Shown: positions 1 to 12,295, numbered from the stretch's first letter. The stretch: 64,000 nt of DNA from Macrostomum lignano (GCA_002269645.1 NIVC01000800.1:248001-312000), one strand, 5' to 3'. Program-made: numbers and translations. Notes: generated by a model from the sequence alone, not told the origin.

Positions 1-235
1 AAATTGGTTGCTATGGGCGCTAACTTGGTTACTAGGGTCGCTAAATTGGTTGCTCTGGGCGCTAACTTGGTTACTAGGGTCGCTAAATTGGTTGCCATGG
101 GCGCTAACTTGGTTACTAGGGACGCAAACCTAGTTGCTAGAGGCGCTCTGTTGATACCCACACACTTGGATGCTAAGAACGCCAACTAAGTTGTTAGAGC
201 TCGAAATTGGTTGCTAGGGACGCCAAAATGTTCGC
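1..235. repeat. Minisatellite, ~42-bp unit made of two related 21-mers, degenerating 3'
   Basis: AAATTGGTTGCTATGGGCGCTAACTTGGTTACTAGGGTCGCT repeats at 1, 43 and 85, then decays; intronic relative to the SH3 gene. Confidence 0.85.
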
Positions 236-302
236 TACTTAAGGCACGCAAGGCGCTCGCCTTCCCGTCCGTCAAATAAAAAACTGGCTTTGTCTTCCGC
301 AG

Positions 303-596
303 GGCATGCCGCAGACCATCCTTCGCCTGGCGCCGCCCGCCCTGCGCCGGGCCCAGTCTGTTGCTTCCGCTTCCGGCGGCGGCCAGCCGTCCCCATCCCC
401 TTCCGGCGCAGCAGCCGGCAGGCGGCACCCGCCGCTCAATCGAGGCGCTACAATCGCCGCGCCGGGAAACGGCGGCGGCGCCGCTGCCGCCTTCAGCTAT
501 GACGACATGTTTGACGATGGCACCTACGCCAGGATCGACACCCTGGCTGAGACCGACGGCGCCGCCTTGGCCTCCGTGCGGAGAAAGTCTGCAATG
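303..596 (+). CDS. Penultimate coding exon of an SH3-domain adaptor gene (low-complexity, with a DDGTYARI Tyr motif)
   Basis: Acceptor ttccgcAG at 301-302; open frame GMPQTILRLAPP...YDDMFDDGTYARIDTL...RRKSAM; donor ATG|GTGGGT at 597. Phase 0 matches the acceptor at 1063. Confidence 0.7.
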
Positions 597-604
597 GTGG
601 GTAG

Positions 605-1035
605 CTCACCGACCCACTCACTGAACCACTCACTGACCCACTCACTGACTCACTGACCCACTCACTGACTCACTGACCCACTCACTAACTCACCGACTCA
701 CTCACTGACCCACTCACTGACTCACTGACCCACTCACTCACTCACTGACCCACTCACTCACTCACTGACCCACTCACTCACTCACTGACACACTCACTCA
801 CTCACTGACCCACTCACTCACTCACTGACCCACTCACTGACTCACTGGCCCACTCACTCACTCACTGACCCACTCACTGACCCACTCACTGACTCACTCA
901 CTGACTCACTCACTGACCCACTCACTGACCCACTCACTGACTCACTCACTGACTCACTCACTGACCCACTCACTCACTGACCCACTCTTATCCCAATCGC
1001 TGACCTACTGACTCACTCGCATTCAATAACTGACC
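605..1035. repeat. CACT/CTGACC-based intronic minisatellite
   Basis: Mixed cactcactga(c/ccc) units fill most of intron 597-1063. Confidence 0.95.
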
Positions 1036-1063
1036 CATTCGCTTCTTCAATTTGCCGCTGCAG

Positions 1064-1303
1064 GCGCCGGCGACGCCCCAGCACCAGCAGCAGCCGCAGG
1101 CACCGCAGAACCGCAGCAGCCTGCGGGTGTGCGGCTGGGCGCGGGTTCTCTACAACTACGACTCTCGGCAGCCGGACGAGCTGACGGTGCGCGAAGGCGA
1201 CGTGCTCAGCGTGCTGGAGAAGAGCGCCGACGGCTGGTGGCTGGGCGAGGACTCAACGGGCAGGCGGGGCATCTTCCCGGGCTCCTACGTGGAGGAGTTC
1301 TGA
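1064..1303 (+). CDS. Terminal exon encoding a C-terminal SH3 domain (architecture as in F-BAR/SH3 adaptors such as Nostrin/PSTPIP; orthology not established)
   Basis: ARVLYNYDSRQPDELTVREGDVLSVLEKSADGWWLGEDSTGRRGIFPGSYVEEF* has the SH3 hallmarks (LYxY, ELT, GWW, GxFPxxYV). Acceptor ctgcAG at 1062-1063, stop TGA at 1301-1303. Confidence 0.9.
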   Translation, partial: APATPQHQQQPQAPQNRSSLRVCGWARVLYNYDSRQPDELTVREGDVLSVLEKSADGWWLGEDSTGRRGIFPGSYVEEF

Positions 1304-1437
1304 GCTCTGAGTTCTGAGTCGAAGGCTTTCAATCCGAGTTTCTCAATGCTTTCAGTTTGTCTTTTATTCCTTTAGCGACTACATTTGGTTGAGATTGGGA
1401 AATGCATCTCGGAGTCATGAAGCACAAATGTCTCTTT

Positions 1438-1743
1438 TGCCGATATGTATCGAAAGTAATAGAATGACAATATATAAGTGAGTCATATGCGAGTGTGTGT
1501 TTTATACAGTGCCGATATGTATCGAAAGTAGTTTTTAAATAAACGAAAAACTTACTAAAAGCATGATTATTATTATTAATCTGGGTGTTGCCGATATGTA
1601 TCGATAGCAAAGTAATGACCAGTTCTAAGTTCACTTATTGCACGTGTTTTTACATTGCCGATATGTATCGATAGTAATTTTAAAATCCACCATTTAAAAA
1701 CTAGTAAATTGCTTGGAATTTTCACATTGCCAATATGTATCTC
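1438..1743. repeat. Five regularly spaced copies of a 16-bp palindromic core TGCCGATATGTATCGA
   Basis: Cores start at 1438, 1510, 1589, 1656 (identical) and 1728 (3 mismatches). Spacers are 56, 63, 51 and 56 bp. Internal dyad CGATA-TG-TATCG. An AATAAA lies near 1538. Confidence 0.9.
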
Positions 1744-2294
1744 CAATTCTAATCACGGAGTGAACTGTGAAAGCTGAACTCTTTCACTCACGCTTGGCTG
1801 GCTCCTCAACTCACCAATCCGATTGTTTTTAAAGCTTGAATTGCCTTTATTTTGTTTGCATAGTTAGTTATTCTTTCTACTCCAGTTTTGTTCTACTGTT
1901 AGTAGGCTGATTTAGATAGTGTGCACATTTGCGCATTTTTATGCTAAATTTGCTATTTATTAAGAAATTATTTGCTGTGTAATTTTTTGTTCACCTTCCT
2001 GTCCAAAAAATGTGTTATTTTGAGTCCTTTTTATTCCCCGTGAGCCGGCATGATTTCTATTAAATTGTTGCATTAACTGCCTTGTCGGCCCGTGCAAACC
2101 CACGGGCTCTGCATGACCACTTAGAGATCTGTGCTTGCTTTTATTACAATCCGCTTATTCCCGTTGCTTCTTCGTCTGAAACTGGAGCGTCCACAGCTTT
2201 TTGTGTAAATGAATATGCGGCATCAACCAGCTGCATGAATGCGTATTATGGCTCAGTATTTGCTTAATCAGCTCATCCACAGTAATTGGTGCCT

Positions 2295-2825
2295 ACCTGT
2301 GTACACCTGCGCTCCCCGCCACCCCCGCCCACCCCAATGTACACCTGCGCTCCCCGCCACCCCCGCCCACCCCAATGTACGCCTGCGCTCACCGCCAGCC
2401 CCCACCCACCCCAATGTACACCTGCGCTCATCGCCAGCCCCCACCCACCCCAATGTACACCTGCGCTCCCCACCAGCCCCACCCACCCCAATGTACACCT
2501 GCGTCACCGCCAGCCCCCACCCACCCCAATGTACGCCTGCGCTCCCCGCCAGCCCCCACCCACCCCAATGTACGCCTGCGCTCCCCGCCAGCACCCACCC
2601 ACCCCAATGTACACCTGCGCTCCCCCCAGCCCCCACCCACCCCAATGTACACCTGCGCTCCCACCAGCCCCACCCACCCCAATGTACACCTGCGCTCCCC
2701 ACCAGCCCCCACCCACCCCAATGTACACCTGCGCTCCCCCCAGCCCCCACCCACCCCAATGTACACCTGCGCTCCCCACCAGCCCCCACCCACCCCAATG
2801 TACACCTACGCTCCCGCCAGCCCCC
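2295..2825. repeat. Minisatellite, ~38-39-bp unit
   Basis: CCACCCCAATGTACACCTGCGCTCCCCACCAGCCCCCAC, about 14 copies. Confidence 0.95.
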
Positions 2826-3409
2826 ACAACTCCCCTTGTCAGCAGCAACTTCTACCGCTTGCTTTGCACGCAGCTAATGAAGAAGATTTCGAGTTTTTGT
2901 TCTTTTGAGAAGCAGATTTTTAGTTCAGTTTTTTTTGTTGTTTTGTATAAATAGCCTGACTTGTAGGCAGTTCTCGCTCTCACCTGTTTACTAACTCGTG
3001 TTCAACCCGCCTTCCCTGCATGGAGAGGCTGCTTATTGCTTACTACTTATTTTTTATTTCTTTTTCGCTTTCACATTGAGCATATTTTGCAGACTCCGTG
3101 CTGCTCAGAGTAGACTTTAAATGGCAGACATTTCTGCTCAAATTTTTCTTATAACATATTAACATCTATTTATTCATTTATGCTTGAAATATAAAGGCTT
3201 CTGCAGAAAATTGTTACGACTGAGGTTTTATATTTATGTTTGCCTAAAAATCACTCACCAACAAGATTTTCTTGTTTTCATTCTTTCCTGCACAGGCTAC
3301 TGCTAGTAGCCCGGTGCGAGTGGCGCTGCGGGTTGTTGAATTAAACTTTGATATTCTGCCAAATTCAACATTTTGATGATTGGTTGGTTGGCTGGAACCA
3401 CTAACGGCC

Positions 3410-3900
3410 AACAGAATCGCCCAGAACACACCCTGAGAATCGCCCAGAACACACCCTGAGAATCGCCCAGAACACACCCTGAGAATCGCCCAGGACACAC
3501 CCTGAGAATCGCCCAGGACACACCCTGAGAATCGCCCAGAACACACCCTGAGAATCGCCCAGAACACACCCTGAGAATCGCCCAGGACACACCCTGAGAA
3601 TCGCCCAGGACACACCCTGAGAATCGCCCAGGACACACCCTGAGAATCGCCCAGGACACACCCTGAGAATCGCCCAGAACACACCCTGAGAATCGCCCAG
3701 AACACACCCTGAGAATCGCCCCGAACACACCGTGAGAATCGTCCCAAACACACCCTGAGAATCGCACCAAACACACCGTGAGAATCGCCCCTAACACACC
3801 CTGAGAATCGCCCCAAACACACCCTGAGAATCGCCCCGAACGCACCGTGAGAATCGTCCCAAAAGTCTGAGAATCGCCCAAATACACTGAGAATTGCCTC
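3410..3900. repeat. Minisatellite, 23-bp unit
   Basis: CCTGAGAATCGCCCAGAACACAC tandem copies, degenerating 3'. Confidence 0.95.
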
Positions 3901-4439
3901 AAACACCCTAAGAATCTCCCCTGACAATTTCACAACTTCCTATCCGGAAGTCTCACAGTTTCCGCCGCAGGAAGCTGGGCACTTCTTATCTTTTATCTTG
4001 TTCTCCGGCTCCACTCGAGCGGGGACAGGCCGGGAGGCGGGCTGAGGGCAGGTCAGCCGCTGCGAGCTGTGTCTAATTATCAATTCCAGTTTCCTCAGCT
4101 CTACGGGCCTTCCTTTGCCCTTCTGCCCATCCCAGCCCCTAATCCGCTTTAGGCCATCAGTCATTTGTCTTCCTCATTCAGCTCTGCCCCTCGCCTCCGC
4201 CGCTCCTCGCCACTGCGCGATGGAGGTTGTAGAGGGTGCATGTAGAGAATAGATGGAGAATAGAGAGGGAGTGTGAGAGTGGAGTAGAAGCTGAAGAAAC
4301 GGTAGCTGAAAATAACAGGTGGAGTCAATTGGGTGAGAGTAGAGAAGGAATAAGGGTGAGAGTAAAGGAAACGTATGCGAGTAGAGAAGGAGGGTGAGAC
4401 TTAAAAAGAAGGGTGAGGAAGCGGGTAAGAATAGATAAG

Positions 4440-4965
4440 TAAGGTGAGAGTAGAGGAGGAGGGTGAGAGTAGAGGAAGAGGGTGAGAGTAGAGGAAGAGG
4501 GTGAGAGTAGAGGAAGAGGGTGAGAGTAGAGGAAGAGGGTGAGAGTAGAGGAAGAGGGTGAGAGTAGAGGAAGAGGGTGAGAGTAGAGGAAGAGGGTGAG
4601 AGTAGAGGAAGAGGGTGAGAGTAGAGGAAGAGGGTGAGAGTAGAGGAAGAGGGTGAGAGTAGAGGAAGAGGGTGAGAGTAGAGGAGGAGGGTGAGAGTAG
4701 AGGAGGATGGTGAAAGTAGAGGAGGAGGGTGAGAGTAGAGGAGGAGGGTGAGAGTAGAGGAGGATGGTGAAAGTAGAGGAGGAGGGTGAGAGTAGAGGAG
4801 GAGGGTGAGAGTAGAGGAGGATGGTGAAAGTAGAGGAGGAGGGTGAGAGTAGAGGAGGAGGGTGAGAGTAGAGGAGGAGGGTGAGAGTAGAGGAGGAGGG
4901 TGAGAGTAGAGGAGGAGGGTGAGAGTAGAGGAGGAGGGTGAGAGTAGAGGAGGAGGGTGAGAGTA
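4440..4965. repeat. Purine-rich minisatellite, 19-bp unit
   Basis: GGGTGAGAGTAGAGGA(A/G)GA tandem copies. Confidence 0.95.
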
Positions 4966-5369
4966 TCACCCATGAGAGATGAGGCCTCACGCCGCTACAC
5001 AATAGTGAGGGCAGCGGCACTGTCTCAGCTGAATTAGTTGGGAATTCCGAATCGAGCAGCTCGAGTGAAGAGAGAGAGAGAGAAGTGTGCGGAGGGCGGC
5101 AGCGAGCCGCGGGTCCGAGGCTCGCTGCGCTGTCACTGCCGTGTCCCGCATGCCGGACAGTGATGCGGCAGCCCCCCCCCGCACAATCAATCGATGGCCC
5201 AGGGAGCGCAGGACGATTGGGGAAGAAGTGGGTTGAGACGGCAAAGAGCCGCCCGCCAGCGATTTCCCCGTGTGTGCCTGCCCTCTGGCCCGCCTCGCCC
5301 GGTCACCCAACCGGACCTTTTGTGTTCTTCCAGCCTTGGTCCTCTGGGCCGCCCGGCAGCGCTTTGGAC

Positions 5370-6230
5370 ATCGCCCCGGTGAGAATCGCCCCAGTGAGAA
5401 TCGCCCCGGTGAGAATCGCCCCAGTGAGAATCGCCCCAGTGAGAATCGCCCCAGTGAGAATCGCCCTAATGAGAATCGCCCCAATGAAAATCGCCATCAT
5501 TGAGAATCGCCCCAATGAGAATCGCCCCAATGAGAATCGCCCCAGTGAGAATCGCCCCAGTGAGAATCGCCCCAATGAGAATCGCCCCAGTGAGAATCGC
5601 CCCAGTGAGAATCGCCCCAGTGAGAATCGCCCCAGTGAGAATCGCCCCAGTGAGAATCGCCCCAGTGAGAATCGCCCCAGTGAGAATCGCCCCAGTGAGA
5701 ATCGCCCCAGTGAAAATCGCCCTAGTGAGAATCGCCCCAGTGAGAATCGCCCCAGTGAGAATCGCCCCAGGAAGAACCGCCCCAGTGAAAATCGCCCCAG
5801 GAAGAACCGCCCCAGTGAGAATCGCCATCAATGAGAATCGCCCTAATGAGAATCGCCCCAATGAGAATCGCCCCAATGAGAATCGCCCCAGTGAGAATCG
5901 CCCCAGTGAGAATCGCCCCAGTGAGAATCGCCCCAGTGAGAATCGCCCCAGTGAGAATCGCCCCAGTGAAAATCGCCCCAGGAAGAACCGCCCCAGTGAG
6001 AATCGCTCAAGTGAGAATCGCCATCAATGAGAATCGCCCTAATGAGAATCGCCCCAATGAGAATCGCCCCAATGAGAATCGCCCCAGTGAGAATCGCCAT
6101 CATTGAGAATCGCCCCAGTAAGAATTACCTTAATGAGAATCGCCTTAATGAAATTCGCCCCAATGAGAATCGCCTCAATGAGAATCGACCCAATGAGAAT
6201 CGCCATCAATGAGAATCGCCCCAGTGTAAT
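5370..6230. repeat. Minisatellite, 15-bp unit
   Basis: GAGAATCGCCCCAGT with an internal higher-order duplication (blocks near 5500 and 5830). Confidence 0.95.
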
Positions 6231-6289
6231 ATTTACGATTATATATGCCAGTCACTACATCATAGTAGTATGTAGTATGTTACTACATC

Positions 6290-6715
6290 AGTGAGAGTCG
6301 CCCTCCAACCCCAGTGAGAGTCGCCCTCCAACCCCAGTGAGAGTCGCCCTCCAACCCCAGTGAGAGTCGCCCTCCAACCCCAGTGAGAGTCGCCCTCCAA
6401 CCCCAGTGAGAGTCGCCCTCCAACCCCAGTGAGAGTCGCCCTCCAACCCCAGTGAGAGTCGCCCTCCAACCCCAGTGAGAGTCGCCCTCCAACCCCGGTG
6501 AGAGTCGCCCTCCAACCCCAGTGAGAGTCGCCCTCCAACCCCAGTGAGAGTCGCCCTCCAACCCCAGTGAGAGTCGCCCTCCAACCCCAGTGAGAGTCGC
6601 CCTCCAACCCCAGTGAGAGTCGCCCTCCAACCCCAGTGAGAGTCGCCCTCCAACCCCAGTGAGAGTCGCCCTCCAACCCCAGTGAGAGTCGCCCTCCAAC
6701 CCCAGTGAGAGTCAC
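6290..6715. repeat. Minisatellite, 23-bp unit, nearly perfect
   Basis: GTGAGAGTCGCCCTCCAACCCCA, about 18 copies. Confidence 0.95.
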
Positions 6716-7501
6716 CATAGACAATCCGGAGGTCAGGACAAGCCTTGGCCAAGCTTCAACCATAGACAGTTTTTACAATAAGCAGGAAAGTCAGGGTGCT
6801 GCCATGAATTAGTCTATGGCCAATAGTCTCAGAAATATAAATACATATTTGCATTGGTAACTCAGACCTTCGCTGTATGGTGTTGACGCATTTTTAGTTT
6901 ATGGTGCCTATCAGCCTGTGTGTTGGATACACTTTGACCTCGCTCACTTAGCCTAAAACTGTCTAAGTCTTCAGGCAATTACGAGCTACAAGCTTAATAT
7001 GGTAAGTTAAACTAAATTTACAATGCCAATAAAGGCTGAGAGTTTTCGTTTTATTTATGTGAAATTGCGCCCGCAACCTTGCCCCAGGAGGCAAGTTAGT
7101 TTGCCGGTAAAAAAGCAAAATTTTGTGTCAGATATATAATTGCTGAGTTGCTGGGACGCGGCGGCGCTTCTGCAATAGTGAGTAAAAGGAGAGGCTGGGG
7201 TAGCAGCTACTGACACCAATGGGGAGCCTTGGCTTTGGCCCAGTCGTCCAATTTGTGTGTCAGCCACCCCTCAGCCCACTTAGCATGCGCCGCGACGGGC
7301 ATCTCTTCTGCAAAAGAAGTTGAGCTGCCCTGAGTAGCACTCTGAGCACACTGGCTTCACTCACACTGCCCTCATTGCCATTCTGAGTCCATGCCCGGCT
7401 TGCTCATATCTTATCCTTTCAGATTAATTGAAATCCTTGGTTCTTCCACCCCCATTTAGACAGACTTTGTTAAAAGGGTAAGTGCTGTGCTGCTTTGCGT
7501 G

Positions 7502-8086
<585 letters not shown>

Positions 8087-8412
8087 AGCCAGCCAGCTGC
8101 TCTCCAGCAGGCCACTTAGCGAATCAATACCCAGGCAGTGGCTCATTGAACCCAGGCAGCCAATGAAGCCGCGGCTTAACGCTTGAAGGCCCGGCCAAGG
8201 GTCTGGGGTGGTGAAGCCCTGGCTGGCCAGGGGGGAGCGGAAGGCGCTCTCTCATATGAGGCCGCTCTCTGCCCGCCTTAGCCCGTAATTACGCGGCTTC
8301 CCAAGTGTAATTCTCCCTCACCGCAACTCCAGTAGGACTGTCGGCTTGTTGAAGCGCCCGCGCGATAATCCGGAGCACTTCGAGCAGAGAGTGACTTCGG
8401 GCTTTGATTTTT

Positions 8413-8447
8413 CTAACTTCATTTTTTCCAAACCGCCTGTGCAGCAG
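8413..8447 (+). promoter_or_regulatory. Branch point, pyrimidine tract and NAGNAG 3' splice site upstream of the paralog A start (5'UTR intron or trans-splice acceptor)
   Basis: CTAAC at 8413, then ttcattttttcc, then tgtgCAG|CAG at 8442-8447; the ATG in gccaccaagATGG is at 8490. Confidence 0.55.
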
Positions 8448-8489
8448 CGGAGAGCTCTGAGGTCCGGCAGCCGCTCAGCAGCCACCAAG

Positions 8490-8807
8490 ATGGAGCAGCA
8501 GCAGCAGCTAAAGATGAAAATCAAGAGGCGCTCAAGAAGCTCCTGTGAGGTGCTCAACGACGGCGATGTCGCTGCTAAGGAAGAATTCTCGCCGACAGCA
8601 TCGTCTGAGGAAGCTGGAACAGATGCTTCATCTACCTGCAGTTCAGAGGCGGTCTCGACCTCCGCGCTGAAGGAGAACTCGGACGAGACCTCCAACGGGC
8701 CAACCACTTCATCTTCAGCCTCCTCGAGTTCTTCATCATCCACCAGCTTAGGCAGGCTGGAGAGGCCAACGTCTGCGGGGAAGAAATTGCCCCGAGCAGT
8801 GGCTGAG
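8490..8807 (+). CDS. sbb: brakeless/scribbler (ZNF608/609-like) paralog A, first visible coding exon
   Basis: MEQQQQLKMKIKRR... carries the LKMKIKR motif shared with paralog B. Strong Kozak context. Donor GAG|GTGAGC at 8808, phase 0. Confidence 0.7.
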
Positions 8808-8924
8808 GTGAGCAACTGCCGCGCCGATCGCTTGACTAAAGTTTTCCGTGTTATCTAGGAATTGCTGCTTTGAATACAAATGCAAAAGGGACTGCGAGGG
8901 GACAAATGGTTCAATAGGGGAGAG

Positions 8925-9170
8925 AAAAGAGGAGTGAGGGAGAAGGGAGAGAGGAGAGGGGAGAAGGGAGAGAGGAGAGGGGAGAAGGGAGAGAGGAGAG
9001 GGGAGAAGGGAGAGAGGAGAGGGGAGAAGGGAGAGAGGAGAGGGGAGAAGGGAGAGAGGAGAGGGGAGAAGGGAGAGAGGAGAGGGGAGAGGGGAGAAGG
9101 GAGAGAGGAGAAGGGAGAGAGGAGAAGGGAGAGAGGAGAGGGGAGAGGGGAGAAGGGAGAGAGGAGTGGG
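8925..9170. repeat. GA-rich minisatellite, 21-bp unit
   Basis: AGAAGGGAGAGAGGAGAGGGG tandem copies in intron 1 of paralog A. Confidence 0.9.
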
Positions 9171-9747
9171 GAGGTGCAGTTAGGCGATGGGGTGCTCAAA
9201 GGGCCATCAAAAAGCTCCCCTCCCTGGATTTGGGATTTTAGCACCAAGGGGGATTGTGTCAGGATTCATGGGACGGCTGAGGCTCTGGGGCGGGGCGGAT
9301 TTTTAGGGAGCAACTCTCCCGCTCAGCTGCTGCTTAACCCTCCCCATCGCCTTCCTCAGACACGGGCCTCAACTCGTCTCGCCCCAGCATCCTGAAGCCG
9401 CCTCATCTCTCTTCCTCTCTCTTCCCCTCCCCCTGGCAGCCGTGGGCGCTCTCACTCCACCAGCTCAGCCCAGCAGCCTCACACGAGCCGCCCAGCCTCA
9501 GCCATGCCAACGCCAGGAGCCGCGGTTCCCAAGGGGCGACTCGGCACTGCCCGATTTCTTGCCCTTCTCTCCCCCCGCTCTGATCCCCCAGTCAGCTGGG
9601 TGTGTGCGCGAGTGTGTGAGTGCTGCTTCCCCAAATGGGATCCCGATTCTCTCTCTCATCCCCCCTATAAGCCACTCGTCTGTCTTCGGCAAACCCCCTG
9701 AGCAGTAGCGGAATTATTCTTGTGAGAGCTGCTTGAGGAGCTGGCCA

Positions 9748-9788
9748 GTGTGTGTGTGTGTGTGTGCGTGTGTGTGTGTGCGTGTGTG

Positions 9789-9832
<44 letters not shown>
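9748..9832. repeat. (TG)n microsatellite
   Basis: TG run with a few CG interruptions. Confidence 0.97.
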
Positions 9833-9833
<1 letters not shown>

Positions 9834-9919
9834 CCGGGCGATTTCAATTTCTTGTCGCCAATAGACGTGTCAATTGGGCATCAACACCCTCCTCACCCGC
9901 CCGTCCTGCTCCTGACTGA

Positions 9920-10597
9920 ATAGGGTGACTGAGTGATTGGGTGACTGAATGATTGGGTGACTGAGTGATTGGGTGACTGAGTGATTGGGTGACTGAGTGA
10001 TTGGGTGACTGAATGATTGGGTGACTGAGTGATTGGGTGACTGAGTGATTGGGTGACTGAATGATTGGGTGACTGAGTGATTGGGTGACTGAGTGATTGG
10101 GTGACTGAATGATTGGGTGACTGAGTGATTGGGTGACTGAGTGATTGGGTGACTGAGTGACCGGGTGACTGAGTGACTGGGTGACTGAGTGACTGGGTGA
10201 GTGATCGGGTGACCGAGTGACTGAGTGACTGGGTGACTGAGTGACTGGGTGAGTGATCGGGTGACCGAGTGACTGAGTGACTGAGTGACTGAGTGACTGG
10301 GTGAGTGAGTGACTGAGTGACTGAGTGACTGGGTGAGTGAGTGACTGAGTGACTGAGTGACTGAGTGACTGAGTGAGTGAGTGAGTGAGTGACTGAGTGA
10401 CTGAGTGACTGAGTGACTGAGTGACTGAGTGACTGAGTGACTGAGTGACTGAGTGACTGAGTGACTGAGTGACTGATCGGGTTACTGAGTGACTGATCGA
10501 GTGACGAGTGACTGAGTGATTGAGTGACTGAGTGACTAAGTGACTGAGTGACTGAGTGACTGAGTGACTGAGTGACTGAGTGACTGAGTGACTGAGT
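9920..10597. repeat. GAGT/GACT/GATTGGGT compound minisatellite
   Basis: Reverse-complement relative of the 605-1035 array. Confidence 0.93.
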
Positions 10598-11179
10598 GAC
10601 CCAGAGCAGGCAGTTGCCGAAGCCCCATTATGCAATTTGGAAGGGTTCATTGATGCCTGATGATATTGAAATCCAGCTCGGGGTTCGAGAGGCACTCTGG
10701 AGTGTGCTCATGCTGTTTTGCCGGCAGCTGTTTGCGGGGAATTTGCCGCCTGTGTCTGCTTGCCAGCATATTTAATCCGCCGCCCTTTTCTCTCCTTCTC
10801 CTCTCTTCTTCCTCTGCTCTTGCCTTCTTCTAGTAGCAGCAGCAGCAGAGCCAGCAAATCATTCTTTGCGGAAGTTGTCAGAGCCGTGGCTCCCGCTGTG
10901 TGAGAGCGGGTGGGACAGGGGGGGGGGCTGCGGCCCGGGCCATTGGCCTCTGCGGCCTTCTGGATTGTTCCAGTTCCTGCTGCTGCTAGTAGCAACTCAG
11001 CTATTGAGGCTTTATCTCTAGCCTCCTTATATCCCCTCTGCGTCCGCTTGCCTCCACGGAATTTTATTTATCCCATTGGCTCACATTAACTCAAGACTTC
11101 CCTGTCTTCTGCCACATATCGGAAGCCATATTTATTGGGGTTTCTCTCGGTTTAAAAATATTGCTCGGCATTTAGTTAG

Positions 11180-11505
<326 letters not shown>

Positions 11506-11741
11506 GGCTAGTTAGTTAGAATCGGGGTCAGACAAAAAACAGACTGACAGCGCGGGCTCCGTACTGAATTATGCATACGGCCTGTTTTTATTAGCCCCGC
11601 TGTTGAGCTCACGCGCTCAGCGCAGCACTGCGGGGGCCGTGACAGCTGCTCATTCTCAATTTGCGGCAGTTGCGGCGTCTGCTCCTTCATGCGCTGTGCT
11701 AAGCATTCACCTCCCGGCTTGCATATTAGCGGGAAATACAC

Positions 11742-12295
11742 AGAGAGATGGGGCGACAGGGAGACAGGGAGATGGGAAGACAGGGAGATGGGGAGACAGG
11801 GAGATGGGGAGACAGGGAGATGGGGAGACAGGGAGATGGGGAGACAGGGAGATGGGGAGACAGGGAGATGGGGAGACAGGGAGATGGGGAGACAGGGAGA
11901 TGGGGAGACAGGGAGATGGGGAGACAGAGAGATGGGGAGACAGGGAGATGGGGAGACAGGGAGATGGGGAGACAGGGAGATGGGGAGACAGGGAGATGGG
12001 GAGACAGGGAGATGGGGAGACAGGGAGATGGGGAGACAGGGAGATGGGGAAACAGGGAGATGGGGAGACAGGGAGATGGGGAGACAGAGAGATGGGGAGA
12101 CAGGGAGATGGGGAGACATGGAGATGGGGAGACAGGGAGATGGGAAGACAGGGAGATGGGGAGACAGGGAGATGGGGAGACAGGGAGATGGGGAGACAGG
12201 GAGATGGGGAGACAGGGAGATGGGGAGACAGGGAGATGGGGAGACAGGGAGATGGGGATACAGGGAGATGGGGAGACAGAGAGATGGGGAGACGA
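11742..12295. repeat. G-rich minisatellite, 16-bp unit
   Basis: GGGAGACAGGGAGATG tandem copies. Confidence 0.95.

Noticed and set aside
1438-1743. Bona fide CRISPR array
   Set aside because: Eukaryotic context, no cas genes, a repeat of only 16 bp, long spacers, and spacers that are alternately homologous rather than independent. Kept as a conserved motif cluster.
2239-7500. Many 100-250 aa ORFs (PPQCTPAL, ENRPS, GDSHWGWR and similar)
   Set aside because: All coincide with minisatellites and are open in several frames on both strands.
8346-8489. TTG-initiated N-terminal extension of paralog A
   Set aside because: The region reads as branch point plus pyrimidine tract plus acceptor, and non-ATG starts in the ORF track are a prokaryote-style convention.
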